A stretch of DNA of 45,342 bases from NCBI GenBank assembly GCA_038227875.1, contig JBBRPR010000064.1, positions 1 through 45,342 on the forward strand. The letters run 5' to 3'. The stretch comes from Planctomycetota bacterium (GTDB lineage: Bacteria; Planctomycetota; SZUA-567; H5-PLA8). Below the pieces are notes generated by a model, which had not been told where the DNA came from, did no database searches, and was given only the letters and a program-made list of their open reading frames with translations. Of the stretch, positions 28,711-37,674 are shown in pieces. Both the position numbers and the translations under genes were made by a program. How positions within the stretch are numbered: position 1 is the stretch's first letter; each line of letters starts with the position of its first letter.

Positions 28711-30168
28711 CTAGTTACGCCACCCAACGAGAATCCGATAGAGGCCGTTTCGCACGGACACCGGAACGAGATGTTTCAATCCCTTGTACGCGCCATAGAA
28801 AATCGAACGCTTGTATGCCGGCTGCTGCATGAGTAGTTCGGCCTCGCGGAGCTTCCTGCGTCTTGAATATTCCGTTGCGGCCGCGGCCAGAGCGCCCGTA
28901 TCCGGTACTTCCGGTGCGGTCCGGTCAAGCAGGGGCTCGTAAATGAGCCTATAGGACTTCGCGTTCTCGGCCGGGGTGGTGTGCTTGAACTGGAGAAGTC
29001 TTTCTTGCATGGAGTCGACCTGCGCGCGGTTTCCTGCGAGCTCCTGCAGGATCGTAGCGGCCGCTGCAACAGAGTTTGAATCTATGATCCAGCCCCATTT
29101 CCCTGCCGCAACACGTTCTTCGAGCGCGCCCATCCGCGGGACAATCGGCGGGACACCCGCGAGCAACGCCTCTGAAAGTGTGAACGAAAATGTCTCCGCG
29201 CAGACTGAAGTGAACAGTGCCACATCAGCCGAACCCGCGAGTTTCGGGATGATGTCTTCACGCCGGTAGGGGCCATGGAATACACGCTTAACGCCGATTT
29301 CGTCGACGCGCGACATGAAGTTCAGGTACTCAACATCGCCAAAAAAGTGCCATTCAAGCGGAACATTCCGGGTCGTTGCTAGCAATTCGAGGATGAGTTC
29401 ACGACCTTTGATGTTGTGCGCCATCTGGCCAATCAGCGCAACGCGGAGTCGCCGTCCCGGTGCCGGCCGGCACGGCAGATTATCGGGCGCAGTGTAACCA
29501 TGAGGAATAACTTCCGCACGTGCGAGCGCCGTGGGAAGGGCTCTGAGCACTGTGTCGCGTGCGCTCATCGACGGGAAAATGATACGTTCTGCCGCGTCGA
29601 AGATTTCGTGCCAACGTTGCTGGTGTTCCGCCAGTAGTTCATTGGCCGGGCACGGCGGTTCCATCTTGTTTACTTCGAAGTAATTGCGCAGACAATCGAC
29701 GGAGATCTGCGCCTCGGTTGTATGCGCGCGGCACGGTGTAAACGTGCGAATATCGAGAAGATTCAAGCTTGGGCAAACACAGTAGAAATCATGGTGGACC
29801 GTGACGTACTTCATGCCTTCGCTCTGCAAGCGGGGCAGCGCTGCAAGCGGAAAGTAGAGCAGGTGCTCGATCGAAACCACCGTTACACCGAACAGCCCGG
29901 CAATGCGAGCCAGTAGCTCTTCGGCTTCCGGATGTGCGTGCGCACACCGTAGCAAGGGCGTTTTGAGCGGGAAACTGAACAACTCTTTGGAAATGAGATT
30001 TCCGTCGCGGATAAGCGCTGCGTTGATGCAATCCGGAGTGAATGGATACACGATCACCGCGCGTGGCAAGGCAAGACTTGCGATGCGATCCAACACATGC
30101 ATCTCCGTCCCACCAGGGGCAACCGCGAACGGATCGGAATGCAGCAAGAGCATGAGCGTGGAATTCAT
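28711..30168 (-). CDS. Glycosyltransferase (GT4/GT-B)
   Basis: GGTEMHV, HDFYCVCP, FPS, VIPHG, IKG, ETFSFTLSEALLAGVP. Confidence 0.88.
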   Translation of the reverse strand: MNSTLMLLLHSDPFAVAPGGTEMHVLDRIASLALPRAVIVYPFTPDCINAALIRDGNLISKELFSFPLKTPLLRCAHAHPEAEELLARIAGLFGVTVVSIEHLLYFPLAALPRLQSEGMKYVTVHHDFYCVCPSLNLLDIRTFTPCRAHTTEAQISVDCLRNYFEVNKMEPPCPANELLAEHQQRWHEIFDAAERIIFPSMSARDTVLRALPTALARAEVIPHGYTAPDNLPCRPAPGRRLRVALIGQMAHNIKGRELILELLATTRNVPLEWHFFGDVEYLNFMSRVDEIGVKRVFHGPYRREDIIPKLAGSADVALFTSVCAETFSFTLSEALLAGVPPIVPRMGALEERVAAGKWGWIIDSNSVAAAATILQELAGNRAQVDSMQERLLQFKHTTPAENAKSYRLIYEPLLDRTAPEVPDTGALAAAATEYSRRRKLREAELLMQQPAYKRSIFYGAYKGLKHLVPVSVRNGLYRILVGWRN

Positions 30169-30310
30169 ACCTCACCAAATGTAGCAAAAGACGCGGGGCA
30201 GGGTAGGTCAGTTCGGTCCTCCTACACGATTCTCAAGATCAAAACGTACTGGATGCCCGCCACTAATTGCTTAGACTCCGACGTTTCATCGTGGGCGGTG
30301 ACTAAAGAAG

Positions 30311-31519
30311 ATGACAGCAAACACATCCGACGAGCTGGATTTACGTGCGCTCTTAAAAATTCTGCGTGCTCGACGCGGAACGCTGGCGGTAGGCGCGTTT
30401 CTGGGCTTGGCCGCGGGAATTACCGTTGCGATCTTCACCCAGGAGCTATATCAGGCCAATGCCATCCTGACCCTCGACAGTAACCGCCCTAATAGCACCC
30501 AGCTATCCAAACCCGCGAAAGAGTACGCTGAAAGCGCGCATGTTCTCAACACTGTATCCGAGGTTCTCGGCGTCAAACTGGAACTGCTGCCTGACCGTTT
30601 TGTGGCTCGCTCCGTTGATAACCAGCTCTACTTGCGCACGCTAGCCGACTCGCGCGAACAAGCTGGGCTGCTGGCAAAGACGTGGGCGGACATCGTTGCG
30701 AGGGACGAACAGACGCAGTCGGCCGGCATTGTGCAGGCTCAACGCGAAGCGCTCAAGCGTACGGTCGAAGAGGCCCACAATGAACTCATTGAACACCAGA
30801 ACAAGCTGACGAAGTTCGTGAAGGAAAATGACGCGTACGAGAAACTTGACGATTATCCCGTATTCGATACTTATCGTGCGCTTTCCAGCGACCGCAACGA
30901 CAAGCTCGCGGAATACAACAAGCTCGTCGCCGAACAGCAGATCTTTTCCAAGCCGGACCTCGCGCCGGAAGACCTGTTCAATTCACCTCGCGCGCGCAAG
31001 GACACAACCCTCGACGAGTATCACAAGCAGATCAACGAGTTGAATCTTCAACGGTTGTCGCTGGCGAAAACCGACACCGACGCATTGCACAAGCTCGACG
31101 AGAAACTCACCGCGGTGCGAGCCGCGATGTTGGAGGCGTCCCGCAAGTTTGCCGTGCAGGTTCGCGTGGATCTCGGAAATGCCAAACTGATCCTCGAGCA
31201 ACTCGACGAAAAGGCCGCGGCGTTGCAGAAGGAAATGGGAAAAGCCAAAGCCGACTTTCAGCAGTACTCAGTTTTGGCGACCGAATTGAAAGTGGCCGAG
31301 CGTCGCTACACAGACGCCTCACAGAAGTATGGCGAATTTGAAACCACCAGCGCCGCGCTGATCTGCAAAGTGGTCGAAGACGGTACGCAGAACACGGACA
31401 ACTACCGCCGGAAGGAACTTAAAAAATTCGGCATCCTGGGCCTCGTCGGCGGGCTATTTCTTTCGCTGATGCTGGTAGGTCTTCAGGAAGCGCTGAAGGA
31501 ACCAGAGCAAAAGAAGTAG
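30311..31519 (+). CDS. Wzz/GumC-like polysaccharide co-polymerase (no kinase domain)
   Basis: The + strand reads ATG ACA GCA AAC at 30311 and ends TAG at 31517-31519, so the track's '-' label is wrong. ELDLRALLKIL, N-terminal TM, YQANAIL, long coiled coil, C-terminal TM GILGLVGGLFLSLMLV. Confidence 0.82.
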   Translation: MTANTSDELDLRALLKILRARRGTLAVGAFLGLAAGITVAIFTQELYQANAILTLDSNRPNSTQLSKPAKEYAESAHVLNTVSEVLGVKLELLPDRFVARSVDNQLYLRTLADSREQAGLLAKTWADIVARDEQTQSAGIVQAQREALKRTVEEAHNELIEHQNKLTKFVKENDAYEKLDDYPVFDTYRALSSDRNDKLAEYNKLVAEQQIFSKPDLAPEDLFNSPRARKDTTLDEYHKQINELNLQRLSLAKTDTDALHKLDEKLTAVRAAMLEASRKFAVQVRVDLGNAKLILEQLDEKAAALQKEMGKAKADFQQYSVLATELKVAERRYTDASQKYGEFETTSAALICKVVEDGTQNTDNYRRKELKKFGILGLVGGLFLSLMLVGLQEALKEPEQKK

Positions 31520-31716
31520 GGAGGTATTTTTTCCAAGTCTGCTCAGAAAATTAATCTTCCTGCAATTGACGACCACAAGCAGGTAACGACAAAGTATTGT
31601 GACTCTCTTACGATTTGCAGTCTAAATTCGATACGTTAAGATTCGCCGTGTTAGATAAACCATTGGGCCTTGAAGTTCACACACTTCAAAGAAGGTTAAG
31701 GGATCTTGGGGCAGTC

Positions 31717-32277
31717 ATGACAGTGGGACTTGAAACGAACTCAGCCAGCGATCACGGGTGCAACGAAATTGCCAAGGGGTCCGTCTTTGCGGAGGCTGGC
31801 TCGCAGATGTGGGGCGTGGCTTGGACGAAGTCAAGGTGCGAGAAAGCACTGGCCGAGTACTTTACGGCACGTTCCGTGTGTCTTTTTTTGCCTCTGGTGG
31901 CGACGCGCCGCAATGCTGGAAACCGCATTCGGCAATCCTGGTTGCCGCTATTTCCGGGATATGTTTTTTTCGATACCGCGGCCATCAGCCGGCCCGACGT
32001 TTTCGCATCGCGCCGGGTCGCTGAAGTACTTTGCACCGGCGACGAAGCGCAGTTACGGACGGACTTGATGAACCTGTCACTTGCCCTTCAGCACGACCAG
32101 TCGCTCAGAGAAGTTCGCTTTGGTGAAATCGGCTGCCCGGTGCACATTAAGAGCGGTTCGATGAAAGGTCTGACCGGCGAGTTGGTCCGTTATGGATCGC
32201 AGAGTCGCTTGATAGTGCGAATCCAGTTTCTCGGAAAAGCTGCCGAGCTTGAGATTGACGAGGCATTCATCGCGTGA
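31717..32277 (+). CDS. Specialised NusG paralogue (UpxY/RfaH/LoaP-like antiterminator)
   Basis: WGVAWTKSRCEK, FLPL, PLFPGYVF, KOW-like GCPVHIKSGSMKGLTG. Start uncertain (31717 or 31808). Confidence 0.88.
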   Translation: MTVGLETNSASDHGCNEIAKGSVFAEAGSQMWGVAWTKSRCEKALAEYFTARSVCLFLPLVATRRNAGNRIRQSWLPLFPGYVFFDTAAISRPDVFASRRVAEVLCTGDEAQLRTDLMNLSLALQHDQSLREVRFGEIGCPVHIKSGSMKGLTGELVRYGSQSRLIVRIQFLGKAAELEIDEAFIA

Positions 32278-32283
32278 ATCGGC

Positions 32284-32312
32284 TTGACACGGAATGCCGC
32301 GGGTTCTAACTT
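32284..32312 (+). promoter_or_regulatory. Putative sigma-70 promoter
   Basis: TTGACA (32284-32289), 17-bp spacer, TAACTT (32307-32312), just after the NusG-paralogue stop and ahead of the + strand polysaccharide genes. Confidence 0.55.
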
Positions 32313-32410
32313 ATTTTGAACGTTAGGTTGCTCGTGGGGTATGTTCGGGTTGAATTAGTGTCCTTCCTGGACACGAAGGGGACGGAGTCTGTCCGGAACT
32401 CCTAAAATAA

Positions 32411-32815
32411 ATGGTTTCCATCTTCTCCTCAATTCATTTCAACTGGCAAGCTTTAGCCTGCCAGACCTGTAACATCCACTTTGACATGCATTTCAAATCC
32501 TCCACGATGATTTACAAAGATGCCGGACGGGGAATAGAGGGCATTTTTGCCACACTTCCGCGAGAACTCGCGTCAATTATCGAGTTCGATGAGTTGTCTC
32601 TGGATGAGCATCCGACATCAAAACGGGTAACCCTGTGGTTCAGGCAGGGTGCCAAAGCGGTATTCCATATTCGGCTCATCCGAAAGGGTGGACGGTGTCT
32701 TGTGAAAATTGGGGGCATGGATCCGAGGCGGGTGCTGGCGGGAATCCACGTCTGCAAACGTAACTTCGACCAATGGTTTGATATTTCGAAATGCGATATC
32801 GGTTCATTAGATTGA
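32411..32815 (+). CDS. Hypothetical protein
   Basis: 134-aa ORF co-oriented with the operon and filling the gap after the promoter; no recognisable motif; start uncertain. Confidence 0.35.
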   Translation: MVSIFSSIHFNWQALACQTCNIHFDMHFKSSTMIYKDAGRGIEGIFATLPRELASIIEFDELSLDEHPTSKRVTLWFRQGAKAVFHIRLIRKGGRCLVKIGGMDPRRVLAGIHVCKRNFDQWFDISKCDIGSLD

Positions 32816-32854
32816 AGATCCCGTACGAAAAACGCTTATCAAGATGGAGGCGGA

Positions 32855-33080
32855 ATGAAGGCAATAATTCTGTGCGGCGGCCAAGGCACGCGACTTCGTG
32901 AATTCGGAATTGCTGCCCAAGCCCATGATTGAGATCGGCGGGCGTCCGATCCTCTGGCAAATCATGAAGACGTATGCTTATTGTGGAATCAACGAGTTCT
33001 TTCTGTGCCTGGGGTTCAAAGGCCACCTGATTAAAGAGTATTTTCTGAATTACGAAGCCATGAATACGGATTTCATCTGA
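32855..33080 (+). pseudogene. rfbF: Glucose-1-phosphate cytidylyltransferase relic (frameshifted, truncated)
   Basis: GGAGG RBS, ATG 32855 MKAIILCGGQGTRLRE, frameshift near 32902, then SELLPKPMIEIGGRPILWQIMKTY...LCLGFKGHLIKEYFLNY...DFI*; about 75 codons of a ~255-aa enzyme. Confidence 0.88.
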
Positions 33081-33127
33081 TCTCTAAAAATAACATATTT
33101 TTGCCTGATTGAAAAAAGGACTTGCCG

Positions 33128-34603
33128 ATGGAAAAGGCAGAATCGATTCGAGCAGGAGTACGATTGAATTCCAAGCAGGCGTCGAGTGAAATGGCACTGA
33201 ATACGGCAGCAACATCTCCCTTGTTGTCTATACTCGTATTAGTGCTCGCCGACATAACCATGGCAGCCATAGCAGCCGTGGCGTGTGTGTACGTTCGCAA
33301 GTATTTTGATCCCGCGTTGATTTTGAGCATGTACTGGGATCTCTGGCCAGGGTTGTTCGTCTTGGTTCTTGCCTTCGTCGGATCGCGACTTTACGTGCTG
33401 ACGGGCATGAGTGCCCCCGAGGAGCTGAGGCGCATCGTTTCCGCGATGACTCTCGTCTTTGTTGGCGTAGCGGCATCGACGTTTCTGGTCAGAGGCGGCG
33501 AAGCGTACTCAAGACTCACGTTTTTTGGAGCATGGGCCGCATGTGGCGTACTGATACCGATCGGCCGAACAATAGTCAAAAAAGCCGTAGCCCCATGCAA
33601 ATGGTGGGGACGGTCAACAGTGATTCTTGGTGCCGGAAAAACAGCGACTCGTATCGTCCGGGAAATGGTCAAGCGACCGCAATTGGGATTTAAGCCTGTC
33701 TGTATCTTTGACGACGACCCTGTCAAAATCGGGACTTCCATTCAGGGTATCCCGGTAATTGGCGGCTTGGATTTGGCGCCCGATATTGCGCGTCAACGCG
33801 GATTGAAATATGCAATCCTGGCCATGCCTAATATGCCACATACGCGATTACTGGAAATCGTCGAGCAACATGCACATGCGTTCAGTCATCTGATCGTAAT
33901 TCCTGATTTATTTGGTTTTGCAAGCCTGCGAGTGCCAGCTCAGGATCTTGGCGGGACGCTGGGGCTGGAAGTTCGGCAGCAACTGCTGCTGCCTGCTCCG
34001 CGCGCGGCAAAATGGATTTTGGATATGCTGCTATGTCTGGTAGGCGGAATAGCCATCTTGCCGTTCGTAGCTATAATTGCGCTGATGATCAAGCTGGAAT
34101 CTCGCGGACCTGTGTTTTACGGGCATACGAGGATAGGCCGCAATAACCTTCGATTCAAAGCCTGGAAATTCCGTTCGATGTTCAAAGACGCGGACAAAAT
34201 GCTGGATCAGTATTTGAAAGATCATCCAGAACTTGCCGAGGAGTGGAAAGCGAACCAAAAACTCAAGAACGACCCGCGTGTCACGCGGATGGGCCGCATC
34301 CTGCGCAAAACCAGTCTCGACGAATTGCCGCAGCTTTGGAATGTCATCAAAGGAGAAATGAGTTTGGTCGGTCCGCGCCCCATTGTTGACAACGAAATTG
34401 AAAAGTACGGGAACGCATTTTCGCTATACCTGAAGGTTCTTCCGGGACTCACGGGCCTTTGGCAGGTTTCGGGTCGCAGCGATACCAGTTACGACGACCG
34501 CGTCGCCATGGACACGTACTATGTTCGAAATTGGTCGGTCTGGATGGATCTGGTAATTATTGCGAAAACGTTTCCGGTACTGTTGGGGAGAGGCGCATAT
34601 TGA
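33128..34603 (+). CDS. wbaP: Undecaprenyl-phosphate hexose-1-phosphate transferase (WbaP-like initiating transferase)
   Basis: N-terminal TMs, [67 protein letters not shown]. Confidence 0.92.
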   Translation: MEKAESIRAGVRLNSKQASSEMALNTAATSPLLSILVLVLADITMAAIAAVACVYVRKYFDPALILSMYWDLWPGLFVLVLAFVGSRLYVLTGMSAPEELRRIVSAMTLVFVGVAASTFLVRGGEAYSRLTFFGAWAACGVLIPIGRTIVKKAVAPCKWWGRSTVILGAGKTATRIVREMVKRPQLGFKPVCIFDDDPVKIGTSIQGIPVIGGLDLAPDIARQRGLKYAILAMPNMPHTRLLEIVEQHAHAFSHLIVIPDLFGFASLRVPAQDLGGTLGLEVRQQLLLPAPRAAKWILDMLLCLVGGIAILPFVAIIALMIKLESRGPVFYGHTRIGRNNLRFKAWKFRSMFKDADKMLDQYLKDHPELAEEWKANQKLKNDPRVTRMGRILRKTSLDELPQLWNVIKGEMSLVGPRPIVDNEIEKYGNAFSLYLKVLPGLTGLWQVSGRSDTSYDDRVAMDTYYVRNWSVWMDLVIIAKTFPVLLGRGAY

Positions 34604-34634
34604 TTGGAAATACTTCCGAATCTAAAGAAACGTG

Positions 34635-34906
34635 ATGACGACAGAGACTTCAACAACCCACACGCCGATTCCGAAAAAAGCAACAATCCTGACAGTGCTT
34701 CTTAAGTATGAGTACGGTCGTAAGGACTGGGCCACATCCCCGGATAAGCACTTGTACTATAGCCGCGAAGATACATTAGTCAGGATGGAAATTTCAGCTC
34801 CGCTGTTCGAGAGAACTGTGGCCGTGGAAAGAAGATTCTTAAGCGCCTGCTGGCCGCGTCCAAAAGAATGGCAGCAATCGAAAGTCAAACGCAAGGAGAA
34901 CTATGA
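34635..34906 (+). pseudogene. Probable mosaic relic of deleted polysaccharide genes
   Basis: ILTVLLKYEYG resembles a CgeB-type GT N-terminus and PDKHLYY resembles a methyltransferase motif. Another frame ends QTQGEL* with TGA overlapping the next ATG. Confidence 0.4.
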
Positions 34907-35853
34907 GCGCATTTGTTCTAAATACAGATTCAACGATTTTGGTTGCTGGCCATCGAGGCATGGTCGGATCCTCGATTGTGCGCCGGCTTCTTGAAACAGG
35001 GTATTCGAAATTGGTACTATTCGGGTCAGACCAGGTCGATCTACGAGACCGGCTCGCCGTCAAACGCTTGTTTTCGAGCCAAAAGATTGACGTTGCAATC
35101 CTCTGTGCCGCGCGTGTGGGCGGCATACAGGCCAATTTAAGCCGACCTGCAGAGTTCATCTATGACAATTTGGCAATTCAGACAAACATTATTGATGAAT
35201 CGTATCGCGCTGGCGTAAAGAAGTTCTGCTTTTTGGGAAGTTCGTGTATTTATCCTCGTGACTGCCCACAACCAATGAAAGAAGAGTATCTGCTGACCGG
35301 GCCGCTTGAGCCCACAAACGAGTACTATGCGATTGCCAAGATTGCTGGATTAAAACTGGCTCAGGCTTACAACAAGCAATATAACTTTAACGTCATCAAT
35401 CCAATGCCATGTAACATTTATGGTCAGAACGATAGCTTTGATCCAGTCAACTCGCACGTGCTTTCTGCGCTGGTGCGAAAATTCGTGGACGCAACCGAGG
35501 CTTCCCTGCCCAGTGTTACTCTTTGGGGAACGGGTTCGGCCCGCCGTGAATTCTTGAATGTGGATGATGTTGCGCGAGCTGTGGTTCTCCTGCTCAACAC
35601 GTGGAATTCCGCTGAAATTATCAATGTTGGAAGCGGAACGGATGTTTCCATTTCCGAGCTCGCCCACCTAATTAGCAGTGCGTGCGGTTACAAAGGCGCG
35701 GTGGAGTGGGATAGTACAAAGCCCGACGGAATGCCACGAAAGTGCATGGACGTAACGAAATTGACGGCATGCGGATTCAAGCCGGAAATTAGTTTGGAGC
35801 AAGGGATCTCGCAAATGATTTCCATTTACAAAAAAACAAAGAGTGCAATTTGA
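34903..35853 (+). CDS. fcl: GDP-L-fucose synthase family epimerase/reductase (Fcl; ColC-like in this context)
   Basis: AGHRGMVGS, AARVGGIQAN, FLGSSCIYP, LEPTNEYYAIAK, SHVLSAL, WGTGSARREFL, KPDGMPRK. Confidence 0.93.
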   Translation: MSAFVLNTDSTILVAGHRGMVGSSIVRRLLETGYSKLVLFGSDQVDLRDRLAVKRLFSSQKIDVAILCAARVGGIQANLSRPAEFIYDNLAIQTNIIDESYRAGVKKFCFLGSSCIYPRDCPQPMKEEYLLTGPLEPTNEYYAIAKIAGLKLAQAYNKQYNFNVINPMPCNIYGQNDSFDPVNSHVLSALVRKFVDATEASLPSVTLWGTGSARREFLNVDDVARAVVLLLNTWNSAEIINVGSGTDVSISELAHLISSACGYKGAVEWDSTKPDGMPRKCMDVTKLTACGFKPEISLEQGISQMISIYKKTKSAI

Positions 35854-35875
35854 CCTCTAGCCAAAGGAGAATTCG

Positions 35876-37048
35876 ATGATTCCGTTAATGAAGTCGGCGT
35901 TTTTCAATGAACAGGAAGCCAAGCAGGCGTTAGCGGAGTTCATTGTCAAAGCGCCTCGGCTCAGTATGGACGTAAAGTGTCGAGAGTTTGAACGGGCTTT
36001 TGCGCGCTTTCAGGGGCAAGATGATGCAATTCTATTCAACAGCGGCGGCAGTGCGAATTTAGCAATACTACAGGCACTGTTGAATCTCGGCCGCTTAAAA
36101 CATGGAGATAAGGTCGGCTTTTCCGCAATTACGTGGTCGACGAATGTAATGCCCATAATCCAACTGGGACTTGTTCCAGTAGCAATCGATTGTGAGCCGA
36201 GCACCTTAAATATGATGTCCTCGAATTTCTTAAAGGCATTGGAGAGAACGGCATTGAATGCGCTCTTTATCACCAATGCGTTGGGCTTCACGGGTGATTT
36301 GGATTTAATCCGAAAGATTTGTGTTGAACGAAATATCATTTTTCTGGAAGATAACTGTGAGTCACTGGGAACTGAATTGCCATCTGGAATGGCAGGTAAC
36401 TTTGGAGTGGCCTCCACGTTTTCCTTCTTTGTGGCGCACCATATGTCGACAATTGAAGGCGGAATGATCTGCACCAGCGATCCGGAACTGGCCGAAATGT
36501 CACGGATAGTTCGCGCGAACGGATGGGACCGCAATCTTACGGCCGCGCAACAGATCAAATGGCGAAAGCGCGTCGGTGGCGTAAACGAGTTTGAGGCAAA
36601 GTACACTTTTTATGACTTGGGATATAATCTTCGCCCAACGGAGATCACCGGATTCCTCGGACTGTACCAACTTCAGTACCTTTCCGAGAACATTAAGAAG
36701 CGCGAACAGAACTATCTGTTTCTTGAAAAATTCATGAAAGAAAACCCAGACATGGTGGTCCTTGATCACTCGCATGTAAAGGTGCTTTCAAACTTTGCCT
36801 TTCCGATCATATGCAAGACCCCGGAACTAAAGGAGTTTTACCTTTCGCAGTTCTCTGGAGCCGGTGTGGAGATTCGTCCGATGATTGGCGGCAATATGCA
36901 AAAACAACCGTTCTATAAAAAGTATGTTTCTGAAATTGGGCCGTTGCCCGGCGCAGATTCAATTCACGATTGCGGCTTCTATTTCGGAAACTACCTTGAG
37001 TTGACTGACGTGGATCTTGAACTATTAAGCAGTTGTCTTATCAAGTAA
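35876..37048 (+). CDS. colD: PLP/PMP-dependent GDP-4-keto-6-deoxy-D-mannose 3-dehydratase (ColD-like, DegT family)
   Basis: NSGGSANL, WST, EDNCESLG, FSFFVAHHMSTIEGG (His replacing the Schiff-base Lys), GWDRNL, GYNLRP; 390 aa; adjacent to an Fcl/ColC homologue. Confidence 0.78.
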   Translation: MIPLMKSAFFNEQEAKQALAEFIVKAPRLSMDVKCREFERAFARFQGQDDAILFNSGGSANLAILQALLNLGRLKHGDKVGFSAITWSTNVMPIIQLGLVPVAIDCEPSTLNMMSSNFLKALERTALNALFITNALGFTGDLDLIRKICVERNIIFLEDNCESLGTELPSGMAGNFGVASTFSFFVAHHMSTIEGGMICTSDPELAEMSRIVRANGWDRNLTAAQQIKWRKRVGGVNEFEAKYTFYDLGYNLRPTEITGFLGLYQLQYLSENIKKREQNYLFLEKFMKENPDMVVLDHSHVKVLSNFAFPIICKTPELKEFYLSQFSGAGVEIRPMIGGNMQKQPFYKKYVSEIGPLPGADSIHDCGFYFGNYLELTDVDLELLSSCLIK

Positions 37049-37674
37049 TAAGTATCCCGAAAAACTGCTGGTCGGTTTCAGAGACGAGGATGGCAAAGCA
37101 TTGAATCGTAGGCAGTTAATTATCAGCGAATCGAGGAGTATGACATCTTTAAAGGGCTTGATTCATGGATAGCAAATCGCGTTCTTCCATTTTCCTCTAA
37201 GCTACTTATCAAGAACGCGGAATTGCTGCGTGAAAAGGACTATATCATCAATTTGGTGCTGCGCGGAGAACCGACGTGACGCGCACGAGGTAAAGGGGTG
37301 TTTGTGAAGAATTGCTGACCAGTATTTCGCTTAAAAGATTTACTGATTTATCCAAGCGCTTGAGGGGGGGTACCGTGGTGGTGCTCAATGCTTCTTTTTT
37401 AATATGCCTCGCAATCATTTCACGATTTTTTCACCTTGTGGCTTCGATGGTTACGCTGAGGCCCTTCCTGCTAGCCCGTTGACAACCTGATTTCGAGAAA
37501 TTTGATTCACGCCCGTTGCGATTCCTGGCATAGAAAATACCGCCTGTTCGGATTTGCGCTTTTCCCCTTTCCACTAGTGGATTGGATTCCGTTCGCGCGC
37601 CGCGCCGCAGCCACGATGCCGATTCTAACCGCTAACTAAAGGATGACCACCTGAATAGCATAGTATTTTGCTGC

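Noticed and set aside
30385..30396. GGCGGTAG as an RfaH ops element
   Set aside because: Inside the Wzz-like coding region, imperfect 3' half, and likely by chance in GC-rich DNA.
35876..37048. Ordinary DegT sugar aminotransferase
   Set aside because: The Schiff-base Lys position is His (AHH), which indicates a 3-dehydratase.
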